Assembly: GCA_040387635.1 (NCBI GenBank)
Contig: JAZKDJ010000001.1
Coordinates: 1 to 49,850 of the forward strand
Direction of reading: 5' to 3'
Length of the DNA stretch: 49,850 nt
Source of the DNA: Patescibacteria group bacterium
GTDB lineage: Bacteria; Patescibacteriota; Minisyncoccia; Phycocordibacterales; PALSA-1337
Part shown: positions 1-8,944 of the stretch, in pieces
Layout of the letters: each line of letters opens with the position of its first letter
How positions within the stretch are numbered: the first letter of the stretch is position 1
Notes under the pieces: generated by a model
Database searches by the model: none
What the model was told of the DNA's origin: nothing
What the model saw: only the letters and a program-made list of their open reading frames with translations
Made by a program: the position numbers and the translations under genes

Positions 1-57
1 TAGAGCACCTCATTTGCAATGAGGGGGTGGCAGGTTCGAGTCCTGTAGGGTCCACCA
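1..57 (+). tRNA. tRNA-Ala(UGC), 5' end truncated by the window edge
   Basis: Anticodon arm CCTCA-TT[TGC]AA-TGAGG at 8-24; T-arm GCAGG-TTCGAGT-CCTGT; acceptor 3' strand AGGGTCC with U70 (Ala G3:U70 identity); discriminator A and encoded CCA at 55-57. Confidence 0.95.
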
Positions 58-66
58 ACAATTTAT

Positions 67-114
67 TTAGAAAACTAGAAGCCCCGTATTTTTACGGGGT
101 TTCTAGTTTTCTAA
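67..114. terminator. 22-bp hairpin downstream of tRNA-Ala
   Basis: TTAGAAAACTAGAAGCCCCGTA-TTTT-TACGGGGTTTCTAGTTTTCTAA, fully paired with one G-U. Confidence 0.75.
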
Positions 115-371
115 TACTGAATACACAAAAGTTATCCCCAAATATGATAAAAATTGCGCATATTAGCCATCAAACTCTGAAGTTATTCACATGGGGTTTA
201 GACTTCCATTTGCCTGTTATCCTAACTATAGTGAATGAATCAGGATTCAATCTAATCCGAACATTGACTACACTAAACTACCGGAATGATTAAGCGTCCG
301 GCGACACGCTAGATCATAATCATGTTTGAAGTTTGAAAATAATTTATTATTAAAAAATAAAAGCATACAAT

Positions 372-938
372 ATGGAGGAATCTCTTAAACTATTACTGCG
401 AGACATTGAATCGTGCTACTTACTAGCAAAGCAGGAGCTCTTGGAACGCGAACGTATTGAAAAATTAAATTTAAAAGTAAGAGAAGAATTAGCAGCTATT
501 ATCCCTGAATTACCTGATGAAATCATCCAGCTAAAATGGAAAAAATTAAATAGCGGCTGGCGCTCTTCTTTAAAGCCAGGCTTTTATGGCCTTGAGACTG
601 CACAATCTGAATTTGGAACACGAGAGAGTTTTATGCGAGAAATATTAGCCTATTTAAAAACAGCTAAAAAGACATTTAAAGATCGATTGGATGCGGAAGG
701 CTTATTTATCGAATCACGATCAAAGGAAGATGGTGATATGCATCTCCTTATTGGCCAACGGGATGGAACAGCGGAAAAGGCCCATGTAATCATTGATGCA
801 AAGACAGGGGAAATTCGAGTAGAAGACAATCAAAAGGAGCCTCTCGAATTCGTTAAAAAAATTGAAACTATATTAAGCCTTCCAAGCGGGAAGAAAATAA
901 GAATTGTTCGAGAGGCCATCGAAGAAATAATTGAATAA
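372..938 (+). CDS. Hypothetical protein (188 aa), AT-rich
   Basis: Clean ORF with ATG; frequent TTA/AAA codons unlike the neighbouring genes; no motif recognised. Confidence 0.7.
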   Translation: MEESLKLLLRDIESCYLLAKQELLERERIEKLNLKVREELAAIIPELPDEIIQLKWKKLNSGWRSSLKPGFYGLETAQSEFGTRESFMREILAYLKTAKKTFKDRLDAEGLFIESRSKEDGDMHLLIGQRDGTAEKAHVIIDAKTGEIRVEDNQKEPLEFVKKIETILSLPSGKKIRIVREAIEEIIE

Positions 939-1001
939 GAACTAATATACCCACAACCCCTTCATAAAAAACCCATCTTGCTGTCATACTATAATGACAA
1001 T

Positions 1002-1652
1002 ATGGACTTCAGTATTGTTATGACAAACTTGTTTTCTGAGCATCTCTATCCACTGATGGGGCTCGGGTTAATGATCGGGGGTATTCCAGCGCTCCTAGGC
1101 TCTATATATCTGGCGCTTCAGGGATACATTGATGTAAAGATGCTCTTCGTGCTTTTCTTCGTAGCAAGTCTTCTTCTCGACGTAATATGGTACGGGGTTG
1201 GAAGGGTACTTCGAAAGCACCATCCAAAATGGGTTCGAGGCCTCGCAGAGAAGGCTCGCAAGGCAGAGCAGTTGTACGTGCATCAAAATATTTTCAAAAT
1301 GGTTTTTATATCACGCTTTGTGTATGGAACAAACTCAGCAGTTTCCATTCTGTCTGGAGTGAAGAGGGTATCCTTCAGTAAATTCTTGCTAACCTGCATG
1401 TTTACGCTTTTCATTTGGTTCTTCGTAATGCTCCTCATTGGCTACTCGATCGAAGCAAGCCTTCCTGAGTTCCAGAGCACGCTCAACAACGTCATCATCG
1501 GCATCTCAGTATTCTGGCTAACGATCATCTCTATATTCATTCTGCTCAAAAAATACATATGGGCCAAGCTTACAGGCGAGAAGCCTGAGAAATTCGAGCG
1601 CACGCAGCAAATGATGCATGGTAACCTCAGGAAGAGTAACGCCAATTCCTAG
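1002..1652 (+). CDS. DedA/VTT-family membrane protein
   Basis: Several TM segments; LLLDVIWYGVGR and FISRFVYG match DedA motifs. ATG 1002 preferred over TTG 978 because TATAAT lies at 990-995. Confidence 0.8.
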   Translation: MDFSIVMTNLFSEHLYPLMGLGLMIGGIPALLGSIYLALQGYIDVKMLFVLFFVASLLLDVIWYGVGRVLRKHHPKWVRGLAEKARKAEQLYVHQNIFKMVFISRFVYGTNSAVSILSGVKRVSFSKFLLTCMFTLFIWFFVMLLIGYSIEASLPEFQSTLNNVIIGISVFWLTIISIFILLKKYIWAKLTGEKPEKFERTQQMMHGNLRKSNANS

Positions 1653-1709
1653 GGTCTAAACCTCAAAAACTCTTGATTTCAAGCTAGATTTTGAGTAGGA
1701 TAACCTTTC

Positions 1710-1829
1710 ATGATCGTAAAAGTCTTCAGCTTCGCATTATGGGTATTAGCGGCAGTCATCATATTGCCGTGTGTTTTCATTGCGAACGCATTTTATCCCA
1801 TCTGGGTAAAGTGGGGCGAGGAATTCTAG
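1710..1829 (+). CDS. 39-aa hydrophobic microprotein (not in ORF track)
   Basis: MIVKVFSFALWVLAAVIILPCVFIANAFYPIWVKWGEEF; preceded by TTGATT-N17-TAGGAT (1673-1701). Confidence 0.6.
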   Translation: MIVKVFSFALWVLAAVIILPCVFIANAFYPIWVKWGEEF

Positions 1830-1872
1830 TGTTCTCTAAGGTTTTTTTGGGCTTTATGCTAGTATTATAGCC

Positions 1873-3138
1873 ATGCGCAAACAAACTACTTTCCTGCAAT
1901 CCTGGAAAATCGGCATGTTCCTAGCTCTCAGGGAACTGAAGAAAGCCAACAAATGGACCACACTTCTCATCATTTCCGTGATGATTCTTACGTTTCTTAA
2001 CCTCATTGTGATCAGTGGAGTGCTTGTCGGTCTTATCGAAGGTGCTACTGAAGCAAACCGCGACCGATATACGTCAGATATCATCATTTCGACACCTATC
2101 AAGAAGAATTACATCGAACACTCTGTGGAGCTTGTTGATTTTCTCAAAACATATCCAGGCGTCGCTCTCTACTCTGCACGATACTCCGAAGGTGGCCGTA
2201 TTGAGACCAACTACAAGCGCCGCACGAGACTCACAGACGAACCAGATCAGGCAGGCGTGAACATTGCTGGAATCGATCCTGTAGCCGAGGACAAGCTTAC
2301 AGGAATTTCAAAATATATTATTGAAGGTGAGTATCTTTCACCTGACGACACTGATTCTGTAATTATCGGTGCAAACATTCTTTTCAAATATACTCCTATC
2401 GAATCTCCAGGTTTCCAAACACTCAAAGACGTAGAGATCGGCTCGAAGGTCCGTATGGTCGTCAACGGCCTAACTCGCGAAGTGACAGTGAAGGGAATTG
2501 CTAAAGGCAAAGTAGACTCTATGGACATGCGCGTCCTCATGGTTGATTCGCATTTTAGAAAACTAATTGGCCGAACTGATTTCAACGTTGACGAGATCTC
2601 TGTAAAAGTTGCTCCTGGTTACACTCCAGAAAGTGTCCAGAGTGTGCTCATTGGACAAGGGTTTGATAAATACGCTCGTATTCAGACATGGGAAGAGGCT
2701 CAGCCTAAATTCCTTCAGGATATCAAGCTAACCTTCGGACTTCTTGGAAACGTAATCGGTACTATCGGTCTTGCCGTAGCGTGTATCACCATTTTCATTA
2801 TCATCTTCGTGAACGCTATTACTCGCCGACGATACATTGGAATTCTCAAGGGAATCGGTATTCGCAAGAGCGTTATTGAGATCTCCTATATGATTCAATC
2901 TATTGTCTACGCTGGCGTTGGTATTCTTCTCGGTATGGCAATCGTATTCCTTCTCTTGAAGCCATACATCGCAGCGCACCCAATCAACTTCCCATTCAGC
3001 GATGGTATCCTGGTTGCAACTCCTCTCGGTACAGCTATTCGAGGTATTGTTCTTCTTGTCGCAACTATGATCGCTGGATATATCCCTGCGAGAATCGTCG
3101 TGAAGCAAAATACGCTCGATGCGATTCTAGGAAGATAA
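1873..3138 (+). CDS. ABC transporter permease, MacB/FtsX/LolE-like
   Basis: N-terminal TM, large extracytoplasmic domain, three C-terminal TMs with RRRYIGILKGIG (FtsX-type motif). Confidence 0.85.
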   Translation: MRKQTTFLQSWKIGMFLALRELKKANKWTTLLIISVMILTFLNLIVISGVLVGLIEGATEANRDRYTSDIIISTPIKKNYIEHSVELVDFLKTYPGVALYSARYSEGGRIETNYKRRTRLTDEPDQAGVNIAGIDPVAEDKLTGISKYIIEGEYLSPDDTDSVIIGANILFKYTPIESPGFQTLKDVEIGSKVRMVVNGLTREVTVKGIAKGKVDSMDMRVLMVDSHFRKLIGRTDFNVDEISVKVAPGYTPESVQSVLIGQGFDKYARIQTWEEAQPKFLQDIKLTFGLLGNVIGTIGLAVACITIFIIIFVNAITRRRYIGILKGIGIRKSVIEISYMIQSIVYAGVGILLGMAIVFLLLKPYIAAHPINFPFSDGILVATPLGTAIRGIVLLVATMIAGYIPARIVVKQNTLDAILGR

Positions 3139-3155
3139 CCTGACCTGCTAAATTT

Positions 3156-3833
3156 ATGATCCAGACAAAAAATCTTACAAGAAAATACAAAAGCGGAATG
3201 GGGGAGATTACAGCTCTCAACAATGTCAGCGTTGACCTCGCTGAGGGAGAATTTTTGGCAATCACAGGACGATCTGGATCTGGTAAAAGCACACTCCTGT
3301 ATCAACTCGGTCTGTTGGATAAACCGACATCTGGCGAAATATACATTGATGGAATTGATGTGGTTAAGGCTGACGAGAACGAGCGAACCTTCATGAGACT
3401 CTCAAGCCTCGGTTACGTTTTCCAAGATTACGCTATTCTTCCTTCGCTTACAGCACTTGAGAATGTCATGCTTCCACTCCTCATGCTCGGAATTGAGCCT
3501 ATTGAAGCCGAGAGAAAAGCCGAAGCTGCTCTAGCAAAGATTGGGCTCTCAGATCGCATTAGGAACTATCCTGCACAGCTCTCAGGAGGACAGCAGCAGC
3601 GAGTTGCTATCGCTCGAGCCATTGCTCATGATCCAATGATTCTTTTTGCTGACGAACCTACTGCAAACCTCGATACAGAAACTTCTGAAGTAGTACTCAA
3701 GGCCTTCAAAGACCTCCACAAGGAAGGTCAGACCATTGTTATGGTTACACACGAGAAAGACTACGCAAAGATGACAGACCGAATTATCGAACTTGCTGAT
3801 GGAGAGATCATAAGCGATACTAAATCAATATAA
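3156..3833 (+). CDS. ABC transporter ATP-binding protein, LolD/MacB-like
   Basis: Walker A GRSGSGKST, signature LSGGQQQR, Walker B ILFADEPT, H-loop VTHE. Confidence 0.95.
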   Translation: MIQTKNLTRKYKSGMGEITALNNVSVDLAEGEFLAITGRSGSGKSTLLYQLGLLDKPTSGEIYIDGIDVVKADENERTFMRLSSLGYVFQDYAILPSLTALENVMLPLLMLGIEPIEAERKAEAALAKIGLSDRIRNYPAQLSGGQQQRVAIARAIAHDPMILFADEPTANLDTETSEVVLKAFKDLHKEGQTIVMVTHEKDYAKMTDRIIELADGEIISDTKSI

Positions 3834-3844
3834 CCCTGCAAACC

Positions 3845-5260
3845 ATGACTACTACCGCTTCTGCAACGCCTCCCTCTAATGAACATCAAACACCAACCGT
3901 ATTCGTAATATTCGGAAAAACCGGAAACCTCGCACAGAAAAAACTTTTACCTGCGCTTCTCAATCTTTATTCCAAAAAAATTCTGCCAAAGCAGTTTGCT
4001 ATTGTTGGAATTGGACGAAGAGTGTTTACGCGTGAAGATTTCAGACAGTATGTTCGTGACAACATGCATATCAAAGTCGGCCAGTACAAGGAAGAAGACA
4101 TTAAACACTTTCTTGATCACATGACCTATGTGCAGGGTTTCTTCGACTCCAAAGATCTCTATACAGAGCTAGCAGAGAAGCTTGATGCGCTTGATAAGGG
4201 TTTTAGACGATGTTCGAACAAACTTTTCCATCTCTCCGTGTCTCCTGACCACTACGAACTAATTCTTAGCCAGCTATCGGATTCAGGATTAACAGTTCCT
4301 TGTGGAGGCAATCAGGGTTGGACAAGAATTCTCGTGGAGAAGCCTTTCGGTAACAACAGCGAAACAGCAAGATCACTCGATGCATTGCTCGGCAAGCTTT
4401 TTGATGAATCTCAAATATTTCGAATCGATCACTATCTCGCTAAAGAAGCGATGCAAAACATTATTGCCTTCCGATTTGCAAACTCACTCTTTGAACCGCT
4501 TTGGAACAAGGACTATATAGACAAGGTTCATATCAAGCTTTTGGAGAAAATCGATACCGAGGGCCGAGGCGCCTTTTATGACAACGTCGGTGCACTCAAG
4601 GATGTAGGACAAAACCACATGCTGCAAATGCTTGCTCTTGTTGCTATGGAAAACCCAGACTCATTCGAAGCAGACGATGTTCGAGGTGAACGTGCGAAAG
4701 TATTGGGCAAGCTTTTGCCTATTACCAAGAAAACTATTGCCCATCATGCTACTCGCGCACAGTATGAGGGATACCAACACGAGAAGGGTGTAACTCCTAA
4801 GTCACAGACCGAAACGTACTTCAGGCTTGAGACATACATAGACAACGGCCGATGGAAGAAAGTTCCGTTCTATCTGGAGAGCGGTAAGGCTTTGTCTGAA
4901 GCTAGAGCTGAGATCGATGTGTATTTCAAGAATCCATCATCAGAAGAGCGACAGAACGTCCTCACCTTCAAAATTCAGCCTGACGAGGGCATCAAGATTC
5001 GTTTTTGGGTGAAAACTCCGGGCTTCGACCTCAAAGTTGAACCGAAGACACTCAAATTCAAATATGCCGATTTCCAATCACTCGACCTACTTCCTGACGC
5101 ATACGAACGAGTGCTCTATGATGCGGTAGTTGGCGACCAAACTCTCTTCGCAAGCACAGAAGAAGTGATGGCTGCTTGGGATTATATAACCCCAATTGTG
5201 GAGGCCTGGAGCGAGGTACCCCTCAAGAAATACAAGAAAGGAAGCGAGTACGTAGACTAG
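3845..5260 (+). CDS. zwf: Glucose-6-phosphate 1-dehydrogenase
   Basis: IFGKTGNLAQKKLLPAL, VEKPFG, RIDHYLAKE, QNHMLQ, AYERVL motifs. Confidence 0.93.
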   Translation: MTTTASATPPSNEHQTPTVFVIFGKTGNLAQKKLLPALLNLYSKKILPKQFAIVGIGRRVFTREDFRQYVRDNMHIKVGQYKEEDIKHFLDHMTYVQGFFDSKDLYTELAEKLDALDKGFRRCSNKLFHLSVSPDHYELILSQLSDSGLTVPCGGNQGWTRILVEKPFGNNSETARSLDALLGKLFDESQIFRIDHYLAKEAMQNIIAFRFANSLFEPLWNKDYIDKVHIKLLEKIDTEGRGAFYDNVGALKDVGQNHMLQMLALVAMENPDSFEADDVRGERAKVLGKLLPITKKTIAHHATRAQYEGYQHEKGVTPKSQTETYFRLETYIDNGRWKKVPFYLESGKALSEARAEIDVYFKNPSSEERQNVLTFKIQPDEGIKIRFWVKTPGFDLKVEPKTLKFKYADFQSLDLLPDAYERVLYDAVVGDQTLFASTEEVMAAWDYITPIVEAWSEVPLKKYKKGSEYVD

Positions 5261-5299
5261 GCTGGTGAATTTTATCAAAATCCCTGTTATAATTTGCCC

Positions 5300-5527
5300 A
5301 TGTTCAAGAATTTTTTAATGAAACAAATGCTTAAGCGCCAGCTTAAGGGAGTTCCGGAAGCCGAGCAGGAACGAATTATCAGTGCAGTAGAGAAGAATCC
5401 GGATTTTTTCAAAGAGATCGCGGACGAAGTTGAGAAGCGAGTGAAGGGAGGAATGGGTCAGCAGGAAGCAGCAATGTCAGTCATGAGAAAGCGCCAGGAC
5501 GAGATCAGGAAGATCATGAATGGCTAA
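5300..5527 (+). CDS. Small helical hypothetical protein (75 aa)
   Basis: ATG 6 nt after TGT-TATAAT (5285-5293); host-like codon usage. Confidence 0.7.
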   Translation: MFKNFLMKQMLKRQLKGVPEAEQERIISAVEKNPDFFKEIADEVEKRVKGGMGQQEAAMSVMRKRQDEIRKIMNG

Positions 5528-5544
5528 TTGAAAATAATATAATT

Positions 5545-6138
5545 ATGAAGAAAAAGAAGATCACAGTATTCCTCGGACACCCTGACAAAGAAACAAAGTC
5601 AGGATCATTTGCTGACGCGTACGAAAAGGGAGCACGAGACGCAGGTCACGAAGTCCGAAGAGTAAACCTCGGCGACCTTAAGTTTGATCCCATCCTCCAC
5701 AAGGGATACAAGGTCATCCAGGAGATCGAACCTGACCTCAAGGCAGCTCAGGAAGCAATCACGTGGTGCGACCACTTGGCGGTCTTCTACCCAAGCTGGT
5801 GGTCAACTATGCCAGCCCTCCTCAAGGGTTTCTTCGACCGAGCATGGATTCCAGGCTTTGCATTTAGATTCAAGAAGGAAGGCTTTGGAGCCGGATACAT
5901 CTGGTACCGCCTCATGCAGGGTAAATCAGCTCGAGTATTCGTAATGTCTGACTCACATCCACTCGCAGCTCGATTCATCTTCGGAGATACAACTAACGAA
6001 ATCAAACGATGCCTCCTCTGGTTCGCAGGCTTCTGTCCAATCAGAATCAAGAAAGTCGGTCCTCTCAAGTTTGCCAATGAAGCAAAGCTCGCTAATTGGA
6101 GAAAGCGGTTTGAAAAGTGGGGAAGCAAAGCGGCTTAA
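5545..6138 (+). CDS. Flavodoxin-fold NAD(P)H:quinone oxidoreductase (MdaB/KefF-like)
   Basis: FLGHP, YPSWWSTMPALLKGFFDR flavodoxin-2 signature. Confidence 0.88.
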   Translation: MKKKKITVFLGHPDKETKSGSFADAYEKGARDAGHEVRRVNLGDLKFDPILHKGYKVIQEIEPDLKAAQEAITWCDHLAVFYPSWWSTMPALLKGFFDRAWIPGFAFRFKKEGFGAGYIWYRLMQGKSARVFVMSDSHPLAARFIFGDTTNEIKRCLLWFAGFCPIRIKKVGPLKFANEAKLANWRKRFEKWGSKAA

Positions 6139-6157
6139 ATAATTTGGAAAATTAAAT

Positions 6158-6186
6158 AAAAAAACGGGCAGCAAGGCTGCCCGTTT
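6158..6186. terminator. Intrinsic terminator, U-tract on the minus strand (likely bidirectional)
   Basis: AAACGGGCAGC-AAG-GCTGCCCGTTT, with an A7 run on the left. Confidence 0.8.
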
Positions 6187-6288
6187 GACGTTTATTGGTA
6201 GCGGACATGGAGAAGGCCCTCGCCGTTTAGCAACCTAGGCTGCACTCCGTATCAAGTGTTGCAACTTGCCACCTACACAAGAAACGCC
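6187..6288 (-). ncRNA. Candidate ~100-nt structured small RNA
   Basis: Minus-strand TG-A-TAAGAT (6303-6295) places +1 at 6288; the 5' and 3' ends pair; three stems have G-U pairs only on the minus strand; it runs straight into the terminator. Confidence 0.5.
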
Positions 6289-6335
6289 GCTCAGATCTTA
6301 TCACAATCAAACCTTTATGGTATGCTCTTTCTACC

Positions 6336-7433
6336 ATGTCACTTTCAATCGGAATCGTAGGACTCCCGAACGTCGGCAAGTCCACACTTTTTAACGGCCT
6401 TACTCGCAAGAGCGTGCTCGTAGCCAATTATCCATTCGCAACCATCGACCCATCAGTGGGTGTTGTTGCTGTTCCTGATGACAGACTCGTAAAGCTCGGT
6501 GAGTTTTCTAAATCAGTCAAAATCGTTCCTGCTGCAGTTGAATTCGTAGATATCGCAGGATTGGTTAAGGGTGCATCCGCTGGAGAAGGTCTTGGCAACC
6601 AGTTTTTGACTAACATTCGAGAGACTGACGCGATCGCAGAGGTTGTGCGAATTTTCGAGGACGACAACATCATTCACGTTGATGGAAAAATAAACCCTCT
6701 CAAGGATATCGAAGTAATCAACCTAGAACTCATTCTCGCAGACATGCAAACTGTATCTAAACGACTCTCAAACCTCGGTCGTGAGATCAAGCAGGCCAAG
6801 AAGGAGGCCCTTATTGAAGAAGCTCTCCTCAAGAGACTTATGGCAGCCCTTGAAGCAGGAAAGCTTGCATCATCTGTCACAACAGACGAATTCGAAAAGC
6901 CTATGTACCAGCAGCTTTGCCTCCTCTCATCAAAGCCTATTCTTTATGTATTGAACAAAAAGTCAGGCGGTAAAAACTTGGACGAAATGAACGACGAGCG
7001 TTACCAGAAGCTCATGGAGTTTTTCAAAAGCACTAACTCAGGATATGTAGTTGTAGATGCAGGTATCGAGCACGATCTCAAAGACATGACAGATGTTGAG
7101 AAAAAAGAAATGCGCGAAGGACTAGGTGCAAAAGAAGACGGCATCGATGACCTCATCAAAAAGGGGTATGAAATCCTCAACCTCATTACGTATTTCACAA
7201 CAGGCGAGACAGAATCTCGAGCTTGGACTATCGGCAAGGGTTGGACAGCACCAGAAGCAGGAACAGCAATTCACGGAGATTTCAAAGAAAAGTTCGTCCG
7301 AGCTGAGGTAATCGAATGGAACAAACTACTTGAAGCTGGATCATATGGAGTAGCACGAGAAAAAGGCTGGGTAAAAACTGAAGGAAAAGAATACATCGTG
7401 AAGGATGGGGATGTGATTGAGTTTAAGATTTAG
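6336..7433 (+). CDS. ychF: Obg-family ATPase YchF
   Basis: GIVGLPNVGKST, NYPFATIDP, DIAGLVKGAS.GEGLGNQFL; C-terminal TGS domain (YFTTG, YIVKDGDVI). Confidence 0.96.
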   Translation: MSLSIGIVGLPNVGKSTLFNGLTRKSVLVANYPFATIDPSVGVVAVPDDRLVKLGEFSKSVKIVPAAVEFVDIAGLVKGASAGEGLGNQFLTNIRETDAIAEVVRIFEDDNIIHVDGKINPLKDIEVINLELILADMQTVSKRLSNLGREIKQAKKEALIEEALLKRLMAALEAGKLASSVTTDEFEKPMYQQLCLLSSKPILYVLNKKSGGKNLDEMNDERYQKLMEFFKSTNSGYVVVDAGIEHDLKDMTDVEKKEMREGLGAKEDGIDDLIKKGYEILNLITYFTTGETESRAWTIGKGWTAPEAGTAIHGDFKEKFVRAEVIEWNKLLEAGSYGVAREKGWVKTEGKEYIVKDGDVIEFKI

Positions 7434-7439
7434 GCAAAG

Positions 7440-7468
7440 AAAAGACCCACATACCCAGGGTCTTTTTT
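7440..7468 (+). terminator. Intrinsic terminator after ychF
   Basis: AAAAGACCC-N9-GGGTCTTTTTT. Confidence 0.7.
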
Positions 7469-7520
7469 GATATAATAACCATACGCAGGCTTATTCATAA
7501 TTTGTACAATTCCAACCATC

Positions 7521-8477
7521 ATGACACCTACCAAAATGACGCCGAAGGATTTTTTCCTTCATATCGCATCGATGATTGCACTCTATATTAGCGCTTCGAG
7601 CATTCTGATTCTGCTTTTCCAGGTCATTAACTACGCTTTCCCAGACACACTCGCATTCACTGGATATTCTTATCAATATGACCCATATAGCGGACCAATC
7701 AGGTGGGCGATCGCATCACTTATCGTGGTTTTCCCTCTATATATCTATTTTGTAAACTGGCTCAACAAAGATTACGCTGCCAATCCTGAAAAAAAGAATC
7801 TCGGCCTGAAACGATGGCTTACATATCTGACACTCTTCTTGGCTGGAGCAACTATAGCTTGCGACCTCGTTGCGATCATTAATACATTCCTAGGAGGGGA
7901 AATAACTATCAGGTTTGTCCTCAAGGGTCTTGCAGTACTAGTTGTCGCTTGTGTGATCTTCTCTTACTACATCAGAGACCTCAAGAGCAATTCTTCGCTT
8001 CCACGTGCAGAGCGGGAGGCTTTCCGATGGACAGCTATCGTCCTCGTGCTTGCAGCTATTGTTACTGGTTTCCTCGTCATGGGTTCACCGATGAAGCAAA
8101 GAATGGTTCGGTTTGATAATCAGAAGGTAAACGACATGCAGAACATCCAGTGGAGAATTATCGACACATGGAGAACGGAACAAGGACTTCCAGAGAACAT
8201 TGCTGCTCTCAATGACTCACTAAGCGGATATGTACTTCCTAAAGATCCTCAGACAGGGTTGGATTATGAGTACACAAAGACCGCATCAACGACGTTCAAC
8301 ATCTGTGCAAACTTTAATTTGCCATCACCAACAGCACCTTCACCTACGACAGGTGAGACAAGCAGGATCTATCCGTACGACTCATCTATGGAAAATTGGA
8401 AGCACGGAGCAGGTAGAACGTGTTTCGAGCGAAAAATTAACCCAAAAGATTTCCCTCCAATGCCGACTCGGTATTAG
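7521..8477 (+). CDS. Multi-pass membrane protein, DUF5671-like
   Basis: Five to six TM helices; IRWAIASLIVVFPLY and RWLTYLTLF..A..I..DL pattern recalled from DUF5671 proteins; soluble C-terminal domain. Confidence 0.65.
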   Translation: MTPTKMTPKDFFLHIASMIALYISASSILILLFQVINYAFPDTLAFTGYSYQYDPYSGPIRWAIASLIVVFPLYIYFVNWLNKDYAANPEKKNLGLKRWLTYLTLFLAGATIACDLVAIINTFLGGEITIRFVLKGLAVLVVACVIFSYYIRDLKSNSSLPRAEREAFRWTAIVLVLAAIVTGFLVMGSPMKQRMVRFDNQKVNDMQNIQWRIIDTWRTEQGLPENIAALNDSLSGYVLPKDPQTGLDYEYTKTASTTFNICANFNLPSPTAPSPTTGETSRIYPYDSSMENWKHGAGRTCFERKINPKDFPPMPTRY

Positions 8478-8602
8478 AACTGACAGGGAAGATTCAGGAA
8501 AATAAAGAATAAAAGAAGCTAGAAAACCGCTATTCTTGGCCCTAGTTGGGAGCCATAGTAGGGGTTTTCTTTTGTCTTGATCTGTGCTATAATATATACA
8601 GT

Positions 8603-8800
8603 ATGCAAAACACCACCATGTCTCGTCCTTTCCAATTTCGGAATCGATTAAGCTTCGCAGCAAACCACGGCATTCACTCAACCGCTCCTACGAGCCTCCA
8701 CAAAACGGAGCAAACATCCCCTCAGGTGAGGCTCATGCGAACATTGAGTGTCTGGAAGAAATTCTTCAACCGGAAGAAGAAGATCAAGACCACGGTTTAA
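8603..8800 (+). CDS. Small basic hypothetical protein (65 aa)
   Basis: TGC-TATAAT about 10 nt upstream; own terminator at 8816-8849; no recognisable motif. Confidence 0.45.
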   Translation: MQNTTMSRPFQFRNRLSFAANHGIHSTAPTSLHKTEQTSPQVRLMRTLSVWKKFFNRKKKIKTTV

Positions 8801-8815
8801 GCGAAACAAAGAATT

Positions 8816-8849
8816 GGGCGAGCGCACACGTTGTGAGCTCGCCCTTTTT
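8816..8849 (+). terminator. Intrinsic terminator
   Basis: GGGCGAGC-N13-GCTCGCCC-TTTTT. Confidence 0.75.
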
Positions 8850-8944
8850 CTATTCTTCTTGTTTATGAGCTCCGAGCCTCTAGCATTTTTCATTAAATAC
8901 CACAAGATTTGAATTTTGTAACGTTTACTATTACAATCAATATT

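Noticed and set aside
132-225. Three DnaA-box-like 9-mers (TTATCCCCA, TTATTCACA, TTATCCTAA)
   Set aside because: All have one or two mismatches in AT-rich DNA, and there is no dnaA/dnaN context in the window; insufficient for oriC.
255-290. Minus-strand TTCCGGTAGTTTAGTG resembling a tRNA 5' end
   Set aside because: No D-loop GG, anticodon arm or T-arm follows.
27-293. 88-aa ORF in the track
   Set aside because: Starts inside tRNA-Ala and reads through the hairpin; no protein-like features.
6205-6250. Plus-strand GGAGAAGGCCC...AGCAACC...GGCTGCACTCC resembling SAM-I or fluoride riboswitch fragments
   Set aside because: The SAM-I P1 (AUC...GAU) and the fluoride GAUG/UGAUGAC cores are missing; G-U pairs point to the minus strand.
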